A stretch of DNA of 64,000 bases from a candidate division FCPU426 bacterium (GCA_963771075.1 CAVYSE010000011.1:32001-96000), one strand, 5' to 3'. Positions 50,620 through 60,177 are shown, counted from the first letter of the stretch. The notes: generated by a model not told the origin, from the letters alone. Made by a program: numbers and translations.

Positions 50620-51348
50620 ATGGCGAAGGTCCACATGAAAGTTTACCGCGGTGATTCGGATAGGGGTGAACTGCGGGATTACGACGTGGAAGTGGACGAG
50701 GGGATGGTGGTATTGGATGCCGTCCACCGGATCCAGGCCACCCAGACCTCGGATCTGGCCTGCCGTTGGAATTGCAAGGCTGGAAAATGCGGTTCCTGTT
50801 CGGCCGAGGTGAACGGCAAACCCCGGCTCATGTGCATGACCCGCCTGAGCGAGTTCGAGGATGGCCAGACCATCACGGTTACACCCATGAAAACCTTCCC
50901 GCTTCTCAAAGACCTCGTGACGGATGTTTCGTACAATTACGAGGTCAATAAAAAAATTCCTCCTTTCACCCCCAAAGACGGCGCCGTTTGGCAATGGGAG
51001 CAGAGGGACGTGGACCGGGTGCAGGAATTCCGCAAGTGCATTGAATGTTTCCTGTGCCAAAACACCTGCCATGTCCTGCGAGAACATAACATGCAGGGTC
51101 AATTCGCCGGGCCACGCTTCTTCGCCCGAATCGCCTCGCTGGAAATGCACCCGATCGATGCGTTGGACCGTACGGGATTGTTGAAGGATCAACAAGGCCT
51201 CGGTCTTTGTAACATTACCAAATGTTGCACGGAAGTTTGCCCGGAAGAAATCCACATCACCGATAACGCGATTATTCCCCTCAAAGAAAGGGTCGTGGAC
51301 AAGTACTACGATCCCTTGCGTATTTTTTGGAACAAGTTGTTCGGGTGA
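50620..51348 (+). CDS. sdhB: Succinate dehydrogenase/fumarate reductase iron-sulfur subunit
   Basis: CKAGKCGSC, CIECFLCQNTC, CNITKCCTEVCP. Confidence 0.95.
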   Translation: MAKVHMKVYRGDSDRGELRDYDVEVDEGMVVLDAVHRIQATQTSDLACRWNCKAGKCGSCSAEVNGKPRLMCMTRLSEFEDGQTITVTPMKTFPLLKDLVTDVSYNYEVNKKIPPFTPKDGAVWQWEQRDVDRVQEFRKCIECFLCQNTCHVLREHNMQGQFAGPRFFARIASLEMHPIDALDRTGLLKDQQGLGLCNITKCCTEVCPEEIHITDNAIIPLKERVVDKYYDPLRIFWNKLFG

Positions 51349-51779
51349 TCTCCATTTTCCAGGCCCCTCGGGCCAATCGGTTTACTTCAATATCAAACTA
51401 AAGTAAGGCCCTTACCTATTAGGGGTCATTTAATAATGACCTTTTTCCATTTTCCCCAATACCTAAAAGATGCCGATTTTCACAATTCAAAAACCAATTA
51501 CTCTCCTCGCGGCAAAAAAAGGGATGGTAAATAAGCCGGATTCCAAGCAGGCTTTTTTTTACACAAAGTTCAATTGACTTTTGGGATAGGATCATGGCCA
51601 AAAAAGAAAATTGGACCCGTGCCCAATCGCCAACAGACCCCAATTAGGCACTCGAGATTTTGGAAGAAATGGGGGTTCACCTGAACACGGATAATTTCGA
51701 TTCTGGATATTCATGGAGCAAATATGAGGCAAGTTATCTTTATTCAGGTAGATCGGGGTGAAAATATTGGGCCTAAATG

Positions 51780-51813
51780 AAAAAAGCCCGCCTCCCTTTC
51801 GGGAGACGGGCTT
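51780..51813 (-). terminator. Rho-independent terminator downstream of the 16-aa peptide gene
   Basis: Minus strand AAGCCCGTCTCCC-GAAA-GGGAGGCGGGCTTTTTT (GNRA loop, U-tract). Confidence 0.85.
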
Positions 51814-51838
51814 GCAAACAAAACATTCGGAGAAGAAT

Positions 51839-51889
51839 TTACTTCTTCTTTTTTTTCGCGGGTTTCTTCTTGGCAACTTTCTTCGCCAC
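51839..51889 (-). CDS. 16-aa lysine-rich, histone-H1-like micropeptide MAKKVAKKKPAKKKKK
   Basis: GTG GCG AAG AAA GTT GCC AAG AAG AAA CCC GCG AAA AAA AAG AAG AAG TAA preceded by AAGAAGGAGGGACCC; below the ORF-track length cutoff. Confidence 0.7.
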   Translation of the reverse strand: MAKKVAKKKPAKKKKK

Positions 51890-52075
51890 GGGTCCCTCCT
51901 TCTTAGCGAATTTAAACTATTTTAACACGAACTAAATAAAATGCGAGTGTTACATGACAAAAAATTCATTATCGCGCTTGGAAGACGTCCAAACGAATCG
52001 CTCCAAACATCCAACAATGCAACGGGAGGAAAGTTGGAAGGAACCAAGATGAATTGTTCGTACTGGGGAGGAGTA

Positions 52076-52135
52076 ATGGAAGTTCTTGAACATTACAAAC
52101 CCGATTTGATAGTTGTTGCCGGCCCCAACGGAGGA
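52076..52135 (+). pseudogene. Possible 5' remnant of a zeta-toxin/AAA-type P-loop ATPase gene
   Basis: GGAGGAG SD then MEVLEHYKPDLIVVAGPNGG; the Walker A motif breaks off before GKS/T. Confidence 0.35.
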
Positions 52136-52193
52136 ACATCAAACAAAATAAGGGTTTTTCGTCACCCTGGGGAGAATGAATCACCGTCATTTC

Positions 52194-53177
52194 TTAATGT
52201 ACTGCCGATGGGGAAGGAACTGAATCGCTTCCTGCGGCGGTTCGGGAAGATTCTTGAAGCACAAACAAGGTTCCCCAAGCCTTCTCATTTGGACCGGCCG
52301 TACCAGGAGCGCTGTCAATGCGAAATCTCCTGGGTTTACCCTTCCAATCAATATCCAAGTATTCCTTTTTTAAATCCCGTCGGTCTTTCAAGGCCTTGGC
52401 CATGATGGTTCCAAGTTCCCCTAAAGGCGTTTCCCTATCCGTCAGATAAAGGTTGAGGAGGGAACGGGGATTCAAGTCGAGTAACTTCCCGACCCGGCTA
52501 TTGACAAAAAGAATGGATTGCTGATTCGAAACCGCAATGGCGCCGACTGGCAATGAATCCAGGACATTTTTAAGGTTGGAAGCGTATTCCAATGCGGCTT
52601 GGTCCCCTTCACGAACTTTTTCGGCCAGCAAATTCGCCTTCTTGGCCAGATCCAGGAGTTCTTTTTCGCGTTGTACGGCGCGATAGGCCAGATAGCCCGC
52701 GTGAATGGCGACCACCAATAAAAGTGCGCAGGACAGAAATAAAGTCGGGTCCATGACGTTGAAAACATCGCTTTTCATGTAAATCACGTACACGTAAAGC
52801 GAAATGACGGGAATGGAAACGAGGAAGCTTCGGCCGGGGGACTGGCTTAAGGCGGAAATAAAAAAGGTGAGAAACAACATGATCAGGAGGTTTGTCTCAA
52901 AGTGGTCAAAAAGATAAAGGCAGCCAAGTAAAAAAGCGAAATCCATGGAAAAGACAACGTATTGAAGCCCTATTTTTTCAAAACGTTCTTCCGGCAAGGT
53001 TAAAAAGGGGATAAAGGATCCGAGTAAAAGCGCAATATAGGCCCATACGATCAGTTGTTTTTCCGGGTGGTTTTGAAAGTAAAGAATGGCAAAACAAGAA
53101 AGGATCAATCCTAAAATCAACCTGATCAGAAAAAGGTTTTTCTTGGCACGGGGGGTAATTTGCTGAAGTTGAACCAT
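52194..53177 (-). CDS. Multi-pass membrane sensor with coiled coil and PAS domain, no output domain
   Basis: About six hydrophobic helices, then LKNVLDSLPVGAIAV...ILFVNSRVGKLL...GTLFVLQE; no H-box or GGDEF. Confidence 0.75.
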   Translation of the reverse strand: MVQLQQITPRAKKNLFLIRLILGLILSCFAILYFQNHPEKQLIVWAYIALLLGSFIPFLTLPEERFEKIGLQYVVFSMDFAFLLGCLYLFDHFETNLLIMLFLTFFISALSQSPGRSFLVSIPVISLYVYVIYMKSDVFNVMDPTLFLSCALLLVVAIHAGYLAYRAVQREKELLDLAKKANLLAEKVREGDQAALEYASNLKNVLDSLPVGAIAVSNQQSILFVNSRVGKLLDLNPRSLLNLYLTDRETPLGELGTIMAKALKDRRDLKKEYLDIDWKGKPRRFRIDSAPGTAGPNEKAWGTLFVLQESSRTAAGSDSVPSPSAVH

Positions 53178-53231
53178 AAAACGCCTCTTGCCTTCATTAC
53201 GGTTTACTTATCATAATTCAAGCAACCCCCT

Positions 53232-54182
53232 ATGCCTAGGCGAAATACCCCACCCACCCCCGATGTCTGGCTTGCCCTCTTGGGGGTATATCTGATTTGG
53301 GGGTCCACCTATCTGGCGATTCGTTACGCGGTAGCCACCTTTCCTCCTTTTCTCATGGCGGGTAGCAGGTTCCTTTTGGCAGGTTTTCTTTTATATCTTT
53401 TCATGCGGTTTAAGGGGGAGAAAAAACCCACCTGGGAACAATGGAAAAGCGCGATCGTAGTGGGTTTCCTTCTAGTCTTCTGTTCCAATGGGGGCGTGAG
53501 TTGGGCGGAGAGGGATGTTCCATCCGGGGTGGCCGCCCTTTTGGTCGCAACGGTGCCCCTTTGGATGACAGTTCTGGGATGGGTATGGAAAATAGAGGCA
53601 AGGCCCCTGGCCGCGAACTGGTGGGGTGTCCTCCTTGGGTTAATGGGGGTGGGTCTTCTGATGGGACCCGGGTTGTTCCAGCGGGGGGGAAATTCTTGCG
53701 GTTGGGGAATGGGTATCCTCGCCTTGACCCCTGTCACTTGGACTGTCGGTTCCTTATACGCAAGACAGGCGGTCCTGCCCTCTTCCCCTTTTCTATCCAC
53801 TTCCATGGAGATGATCGCGGGCGGTTTTTTTCAGATCATGGGAGCTTTATCGCTGGGTGAATTGTCGGGGTTTCACCTTTCCCAAATATCCGGACTTTCA
53901 TGGGCGGCGTGGGGATACCTGGCCTTGATGGGATCCCTGGTCGGGTTTACTTCCTATATTTGGGTTTTGCACAAGGCTTCCCCAACCTTGGCTTCCACCT
54001 ATGCTTTCGTCAATCCTGTTATCGCTGTTTTTTTGGGATGGGCCTGGGGGGGAGAGACCCTCACTCCGTCCATGTTTATATCGATGGGTATGATTGTGTT
54101 GGCGGTGGTCTTGATTACGTTTCAGAAGTCTTTTACGCGGATGAAGGTCGAGAATTTATCCGATTTGCAAAATCGACCCTGA
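53232..54182 (+). CDS. EamA/DMT transporter (YedA-like)
   Basis: VYLIWGSTYLAIR, PPFLMAGSRFLLAG, VPSGVAALLVATVPLW, STYAFVNPVIAV. Confidence 0.93.
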   Translation: MPRRNTPPTPDVWLALLGVYLIWGSTYLAIRYAVATFPPFLMAGSRFLLAGFLLYLFMRFKGEKKPTWEQWKSAIVVGFLLVFCSNGGVSWAERDVPSGVAALLVATVPLWMTVLGWVWKIEARPLAANWWGVLLGLMGVGLLMGPGLFQRGGNSCGWGMGILALTPVTWTVGSLYARQAVLPSSPFLSTSMEMIAGGFFQIMGALSLGELSGFHLSQISGLSWAAWGYLALMGSLVGFTSYIWVLHKASPTLASTYAFVNPVIAVFLGWAWGGETLTPSMFISMGMIVLAVVLITFQKSFTRMKVENLSDLQNRP

Positions 54183-54254
54183 GTCTTGGGGGTTACGACA
54201 TGCCTTCATGGATATTGATGAAATAAACAATTAAAATGCCGCTCGCTTTGAAGC

Positions 54255-55574
54255 GTGGCGTTTGATTACCAATCCGGACGGGTTGAAGAAGAGGTTTGGG
54301 AGTTGAGTGAAAAAAAACTAAGTATTGCCGTTGTGGGTGGTGGCGTGGCCGGGATTACCGCCGCCCATATCCTTTCCCGTTACCATTCGGTCGTGCTTCT
54401 CGAAAAAAACGATTATATCGGCGGCCATACCCACACGATCGTTTTACCCGAGGGGCCCGACGCGGGAACTCCCCTGGACACGGGTTTTATCGTATGCAAC
54501 GACAGGAATTACCCCCTTTTTGACAAGCTTCTCGGCCAATTGGGTGTGGAGCTGCGAAACAGCAACATGTCCTTCGGCTATTACGATGAGATCTCAAATC
54601 TCCAGTATTCCGGGCCCGAGATCAACGGGGTATTTGCCCAAAGGAAAAACCTTTTTAATTTCGGTTTTTTGGGAATGCTTTGGGACATGGACCGGTTCCA
54701 TCAAAGCGCCCGCCGGGATTTGTTCACGGGTAAACTCCTGACGATGACCTTGGGTGAGTATCTGGTAAAAGGATGGTATGGAAAAGCCTTTATCCGGGAT
54801 TATGTGATCCCCATGGGATCGGCCATCTGGTCCACATCTCCCGCCGAAATGATGGAATTTCCCGCCTCCACTTTTGTTCGGTTTTTTGATAATCACGGCC
54901 TATTAACCTTTTCTGACCGCCCCCAGTGGCAGACCGTTGTGGGGGGGAGCCACGCCTATGTAAATGCTTTTCTCGCTGGGTTCAGGGGGGAAGTCAGGAC
55001 TCAAGTGGAGGTTCAACGGGTAAAGCGAAAGCCGGAGGGTGTTCATTTGGAAACTTCGCGGGGAGAAAACCTGGTATTTGATCGGCTAGTCCTGGCCTGC
55101 CACGCGGATGAGGCATTGAAAATGCTTGCGGACCCATCACCCGAGGAAAAAAACATTCTTTCCCCTTGGCGTTACCAGAAGAATCAGGCGGTTCTCCATA
55201 CCGATGAGTCCGTCATGCCCCCCTTGAAGAGGGCTTGGGCAAGTTGGAATTACACAAGAGAAAAAAATAATTCTCCCTTCCCTCTGGTATCGGTTACCTA
55301 CCATATGAACCGCATCCAAGGACTGGAAGCTCAACGGCAATATTTTGTCAGTTTGAACCGACAGGGCACGATCCACCCGGATAAAATTCTTCGGGAAATA
55401 ACCTATACCCACCCAACCTACACAAGGGAAGCGGTGGAAAATCAACCCCGGCTGTTAAGCCTCAATGGGGTGAAAAACACATTCTATTGCGGTTCTTATT
55501 TCGGTTATGGGTTTCATGAGGACGCGGTTAGATCAGGGGTAGAAGTAGCCCGCTGTTTCGGGTTTGATTTATGA
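54255..55574 (+). CDS. FAD-dependent oxidoreductase, amine-oxidase fold (type usually found with cfa/DUF1365)
   Basis: IAVVGGGVAG, GGHTHT, DTGFIVCNDRNYP, FFDNHGLL, AWASWNY, YTHP, GYGFHEDAVRSG; start may be slightly downstream. Confidence 0.88.
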   Translation: MAFDYQSGRVEEEVWELSEKKLSIAVVGGGVAGITAAHILSRYHSVVLLEKNDYIGGHTHTIVLPEGPDAGTPLDTGFIVCNDRNYPLFDKLLGQLGVELRNSNMSFGYYDEISNLQYSGPEINGVFAQRKNLFNFGFLGMLWDMDRFHQSARRDLFTGKLLTMTLGEYLVKGWYGKAFIRDYVIPMGSAIWSTSPAEMMEFPASTFVRFFDNHGLLTFSDRPQWQTVVGGSHAYVNAFLAGFRGEVRTQVEVQRVKRKPEGVHLETSRGENLVFDRLVLACHADEALKMLADPSPEEKNILSPWRYQKNQAVLHTDESVMPPLKRAWASWNYTREKNNSPFPLVSVTYHMNRIQGLEAQRQYFVSLNRQGTIHPDKILREITYTHPTYTREAVENQPRLLSLNGVKNTFYCGSYFGYGFHEDAVRSGVEVARCFGFDL

Positions 55575-55741
55575 TAGTTTTTCAATAAATTTGAGGCATT
55601 TTATTATTTAAGCGACCAAAAAAGCAAAGCAGTCTCGATTTCTGAAGCGTCCCGGGAGTATAAGAGAAACATTTGGACCTTTGTCCGCAGATTGGGAACG
55701 GTTTAATCCATCATCCTATCCTTCAAGAGGCGCGAAACCAC

Positions 55742-56671
55742 ATGCAATCAGGGGAAAATGTGAGTTCGGAAAGAACACCCGAACCGGTCGGGCAACCGGC
55801 CCGCCGTCCTTATGGACCCGACGAGAAAATCGACTGGATCGACAGCGTTCCTTTTTTTCTCGTCCATATCGTGGGGGGCTTGGCGATATTCACGGGATTC
55901 AGCTGGCCCGCGATCCTGATGTGCTTATTCATGTATTACTTCCGCATGTTCGCCATCACGGGCGCCTACCACCGGTATTTTTCCCACCGGACTTACAAAA
56001 CAAGCCGCTTTTTCCAGTTCATTCTCGCTTTTTGGGGCGCCTCCAGCGCCCAACAGGGACCGCTCTGGTGGGCCGCACACCATCGTCATCACCATAAATA
56101 CTCCGACACACCGGATGATGTCCACTCCGCCCGCCAAAGGGGACTTTGGTGGTCGCATGTGGGATGGATCCTTTGCAAAAAATACTCTCGAACCAATGTG
56201 GAAGCCGTGAAGGATCTCACCAAATACCAGGAGCTATTATTCATCAACAGGTACCACAGTATCGCGCCGATCGTTTTGGCAACCGCGATATATTTCTTCG
56301 GCGCTTTCCTTCAGCATGCCGCCCCTGGACTGCATACGAATGGCCTTCAAATGGTAACTTGGGGATTTTTCACCTCTACCACCCTGCTTTACCATGGTAC
56401 GTTTTGCATCAACTCTCTCTGCCACTTGATCGGAAAGAAACGGTACGAGACGGGTGATGACAGCAAAAACAGTTTCGTTCTTTCCATGGTCACCCTCGGG
56501 GAAGGGTGGCATAACAACCACCACCGCTTTCCCTTCGCGGAAAGCCAGGGAATCTTTTGGTGGGAAATCGATATTACCCATTACATCCTGAAGGTTTTTT
56601 CGTGGGTAGGCTTGGTTTGGGATATTCAATCTCACCCGAGGGAATTGATAGGACAAGGACGTGCGGGTTGA
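55742..56671 (+). CDS. Delta-9 acyl-CoA/acyl-lipid desaturase
   Basis: His boxes YHRYFSH, HHRHHH and WHNNHH; WWEIDITH. Confidence 0.93.
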   Translation: MQSGENVSSERTPEPVGQPARRPYGPDEKIDWIDSVPFFLVHIVGGLAIFTGFSWPAILMCLFMYYFRMFAITGAYHRYFSHRTYKTSRFFQFILAFWGASSAQQGPLWWAAHHRHHHKYSDTPDDVHSARQRGLWWSHVGWILCKKYSRTNVEAVKDLTKYQELLFINRYHSIAPIVLATAIYFFGAFLQHAAPGLHTNGLQMVTWGFFTSTTLLYHGTFCINSLCHLIGKKRYETGDDSKNSFVLSMVTLGEGWHNNHHRFPFAESQGIFWWEIDITHYILKVFSWVGLVWDIQSHPRELIGQGRAG

Positions 56672-56766
56672 GCCTTTGCCCGTCCCTTTCTTTGGCCATT
56701 CTCGTGGTTTAAAACCGGTAAGAGGCCCGACCGCAGTTTGGAATATTTTTCTTCCCACTCGCGGGC

Positions 56767-56795
56767 TTGACAGGCAGAAACCCCGCTTTTAATTT
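56767..56795 (+). promoter_or_regulatory. Putative sigma70 promoter
   Basis: TTGACA-17 nt-TAATTT upstream of ORF 56831. Confidence 0.45.
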
Positions 56796-56830
56796 ATGGG
56801 CGTTTTTCATCCCCTTTTAAGGAAAACCTA

Positions 56831-57370
56831 ATGCCTGAGGAAATCGAAGTGCCTACCGATCACCTGCATGAACACATGGAACACAGCGCCGCCCATTCCA
56901 AGGAAAACTGGATAATGGGCGTGGCCCTCAGTTCCGCCATCCTGGCTGTATTCGCGGCCGTTTCCGCGCTCTTGGCGGGTTCCCACGCCAATGAGGCCAT
57001 GTTGAGCCAGCTGAAGGCCTCGGACCAATGGGCCTATTACCAATCCAAGGGCATCAAGGCGAACGTGCTTAACTCCAAAATCGAGCTATTGAGCGCGCTC
57101 AAACACCAGGCCTCGGAGGAAGACTTTAAAAAATTGGAGCAGTACAAGGAAGACCAGGAAAAGGTCAAGGAACAGGCCACCCAGTTCCAGGAAGACGCCG
57201 AAAATCACTTGAAGCACCACGAGGTTCTGGCCAATTCGGTTACTTTTTTCCAGGTCGCCATCGCCATTGGCGCTATCGCCGCCTTGGCCCGAAAGAAAAT
57301 TTTCTGGCTTGTCAGCATGGGTGTGGGTGTTTTGGGTGTGGTTTGTTTTGTGTTGGGACTGATCTATTAA
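56831..57370 (+). CDS. DUF4337 family membrane protein
   Basis: VALSSAILAVFAAVS, ASDQWAYYQSKGIK, FFQVAIAIGAIAAL. Confidence 0.85.
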   Translation: MPEEIEVPTDHLHEHMEHSAAHSKENWIMGVALSSAILAVFAAVSALLAGSHANEAMLSQLKASDQWAYYQSKGIKANVLNSKIELLSALKHQASEEDFKKLEQYKEDQEKVKEQATQFQEDAENHLKHHEVLANSVTFFQVAIAIGAIAALARKKIFWLVSMGVGVLGVVCFVLGLIY

Positions 57371-57494
57371 TAGAGAGGCCGGTTGCAAGGGCGAAGTTTC
57401 CACCCGCTTTTTTTCGTAAGGATCATGAAAATAAAGGGTTTGTATCATTAATTCCTGAATGAGCTGAAACCATCCGTAATTAACGAATAGTAAA

Positions 57495-57584
57495 CCCCTT
57501 GCCCATTGTGGGAGGGGGCAGGGTGAGCGGTGCTCTTAAATCAAGAGAAACCCTCCCCCGAGCCACTCCCCATAAGGGAGGGAG
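57495..57584. repeat. Inverted pair of C/G-run palindromes (REP-like)
   Basis: CCCCTTGCCCATTGTGGGAGGGGGCAGGGTGAG ... CCCTCCCCCGAGCCACTCCCCATAAGGGAGGGAG between convergent genes. Confidence 0.55.
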
Positions 57585-57612
57585 TCGAGAAAGTCATCCC
57601 CCCAATAACCCT

Positions 57613-58224
57613 TTAAAAGTTGAAGATAAAACTTTTTCCCGTGCTTAGGAATAAATCCTTGTATTTGGAAAAGTTGCCAACGGTTGATGAGCAGGTGAGA
57701 GAGTACCCTTTTTTGTCTTTCACAAACAGAAATACCATCACTTTCGAGCGTGATTCGATTTTTGGGTATTGGTAGGAATAAACAAGATATTTACCCTGGG
57801 TGGCGGCCTTTCCGATGTCTCCTGAATCCTCGTTCTTGAAACCGCTCAATCCGGCGGACAGGTTTTTCAAATTAAGGTCGATAAAACGGGATAGGTCCAC
57901 CCCCGTGTCCAGGTCCATCACGATCAGGCTTATGTTTACGGGCAGGGTTTCGTTTTTATCCAACGTTGCGCGGAAGGCCGCCATCCGGATCATGGAACCC
58001 TGAACCCGCTGGTTGATTTCCTTCACGGTCCAATCCGATGGGATTTGAAATGAGACTTTTTCGGCAGCGTTCGTGTAAAGGGTTGTGGGGAAGGATGGTA
58101 CAACCGGGGTCAAGGCGGAAACCTGGGCCTGGCAAGGCCTGGCCCCTAGTGAAAGACCGAGGGATAGAATCAAACAACAAACCCCGGAAATAAACCGGGC
58201 CATTACGTCCCTTTTCTTTTCCAT
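57613..58224 (-). CDS. Secreted PsbP/DcrB-like protein
   Basis: Signal peptide ending CQA-Q; VSFQIPSDW, GYSLTCSS...F...KDLF....KSF. Confidence 0.65.
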   Translation of the reverse strand: MEKKRDVMARFISGVCCLILSLGLSLGARPCQAQVSALTPVVPSFPTTLYTNAAEKVSFQIPSDWTVKEINQRVQGSMIRMAAFRATLDKNETLPVNISLIVMDLDTGVDLSRFIDLNLKNLSAGLSGFKNEDSGDIGKAATQGKYLVYSYQYPKIESRSKVMVFLFVKDKKGYSLTCSSTVGNFSKYKDLFLSTGKSFIFNF

Positions 58225-58240
58225 GAGAAGTCAAGCCTTC

Positions 58241-60091
58241 CTAACAACATCCATAATCGGGCATGTCGCTTTGGTTTGTTTCCGATTCCTTTAAATTCCT
58301 GGGATTTTTCTTTAAAACAAGGATTTGGTACCACCGGCGGAAGGATTCCTCCAGCACCAGGACGGCGCAAATCATGATCACCACGGTCAAGCCGGCCATG
58401 ACGTAAGCCGGTGCCGCCTTGTCTGGATGGTTCTTTGCCAGCGGCAAGAAATTGTCTGTGATATTTAAATAAGCGGCTGAAAGGGTCGAGGTTGCCACGA
58501 AGACCAGGGGCACCAAGGCCGCCCAAACGTACCTTACCCTGCCTGAATTAATGATGGCGCTGGCAGCGGCTGCCAGAGCCACGCTGGCCAGTAGCTGGTT
58601 GGCCGTGCCGAACATGGGCCAAATGGTACTGACGCTCCCGCTCAAAATCAACCAGGCCCAGAGCGACACCACCAGAGCCGTGCAAAGGGCGGTCCCGGGA
58701 ATCCAATGGGGGTCCTCCAGGGGCTTCCAGAACCTGCCGAAAAATTCCTGCAAAACGAAGCGCCCGATGCGGGTGCCCGCGTCGATGGTGGTCAAAATGA
58801 ACAGGGCCTCGAACATGATCATGAAGTGGTAGAAGTAATTCATGAGTTTTTCCAGCCCCGGCAAGCCGGAGAAAATCTGGGCGAATCCCACGGCCAGGGA
58901 GACCGCCCCACCCGGCCGGCCCTGAACGTTCTCGCCCACGGCATCGCAAAGCTCCTTCAACCGCACGGGGGTTAATCCCAGGGTCGCGAACTTTTCCGGG
59001 GAAAGGTTGATGGCGAAATAATCCGCGGGGAAAAGGGAACAGGTGGCCATCAGCGCCACCACCCCCACCAGGCCCTCCACCAGCATGGCCCCATAGCCGA
59101 TGGTGCGGGCATCCGTCTCCTTATCCAGCATCTTGGAGGTGGTGCCCGAGGAAACCAGGGCATGGAAGCCCGAGATGGCGCCGCAAGCAATGGTAATGAA
59201 AACGAAGGGGAAGAGCTTGCCGGGAATGATGGGCCCTCCGCCGGCCACGTACTGGGTGAAGGCCGGCATTTGCAGGGTGGGGTGGACCAGGATGATGCCC
59301 ACCACCAAGGCCGCGATCGTCCCGATTTTCATGTAGGAACTCAGGTATCCCATGGGTGTCATCAGCATCCAAACCGGCAGGACCGAGGCAAAGAAACCAT
59401 AAAGAGCGAGGGCCAGGACAACGCCGCTGGACGAAAAGGTGAATAGGGGGGCCAGGCCCGAATGGGCCACCACATTCCCGAAAATAACCGCGGAAACCAT
59501 AACCACGACCCCGAAAACGCTGACTTCGGCGATTTTACCAACCCGGAACTTGAAGAGCCAAAAACCCACGATCAAGGCAGTGGCAATGGTGCTTCCGATG
59601 GAAAAGACGCCCCAGGGACTGCCCTTCAAGGCGTTGACCACCGCCATGCCCAGGCCCGCCAGGGCCATGACCACTATGATGAAAATGGCGATGGCGCCCA
59701 TGATGGCGGCCAGGGGGCTGATCTCGTGCCGCAGAATTTCCACCAGGGATTTGCCCTTCCGGCGCACGGAAGCAACCAAGATCGTGAAATCATGCACCGC
59801 GCCGGCCAGGCAGACCCCGGCTAGAAGCCATATAAAGCCCGGAGCGTAACCGAATTGCGCGGCCAGGACCGGGCCGATCAAGGGGCCGGAACCCGCGATG
59901 TTGGCGAAATGCTGGCCGAAGAGAACGAATTTGGGAATGGGTTTGTAATTGGTCCCATCGTTCAGGGCATGGGCCGGGGTCACGCGGGAATCGTCCAGGG
60001 CCACCACCTTCGCCGCCAGGAAGGCGCTGTAATAACGGTAGGCGATGACCAGGACCAAAAGGGCGGTTAACATCAAGGGCAGAACGTTCAA
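58241..60091 (-). CDS. cstA: Carbon starvation protein A (peptide/pyruvate transporter)
   Basis: TPAHALNDG, IAGSGPLIGPVLAAQFGY, FITIACGAISGFHAL, FEALFILTTIDAGTR, IWPMFGTANQLL. Confidence 0.95.
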   Translation of the reverse strand: MNVLPLMLTALLVLVIAYRYYSAFLAAKVVALDDSRVTPAHALNDGTNYKPIPKFVLFGQHFANIAGSGPLIGPVLAAQFGYAPGFIWLLAGVCLAGAVHDFTILVASVRRKGKSLVEILRHEISPLAAIMGAIAIFIIVVMALAGLGMAVVNALKGSPWGVFSIGSTIATALIVGFWLFKFRVGKIAEVSVFGVVVMVSAVIFGNVVAHSGLAPLFTFSSSGVVLALALYGFFASVLPVWMLMTPMGYLSSYMKIGTIAALVVGIILVHPTLQMPAFTQYVAGGGPIIPGKLFPFVFITIACGAISGFHALVSSGTTSKMLDKETDARTIGYGAMLVEGLVGVVALMATCSLFPADYFAINLSPEKFATLGLTPVRLKELCDAVGENVQGRPGGAVSLAVGFAQIFSGLPGLEKLMNYFYHFMIMFEALFILTTIDAGTRIGRFVLQEFFGRFWKPLEDPHWIPGTALCTALVVSLWAWLILSGSVSTIWPMFGTANQLLASVALAAAASAIINSGRVRYVWAALVPLVFVATSTLSAAYLNITDNFLPLAKNHPDKAAPAYVMAGLTVVIMICAVLVLEESFRRWYQILVLKKNPRNLKESETNQSDMPDYGCC

Positions 60092-60177
60092 TTTTTCCCC
60101 CTGAGTAAAAAGGTTAGACGAAACTAACTTAAATCAGGAAGACCTGGCCGTCAACGAAGGGCGTAAAATCATTAATT

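Noticed and set aside
51594..51650. MAKKENWTR start resembling some HNH nuclease N-termini
   Set aside because: Only 17 codons before a stop; too little similarity to call
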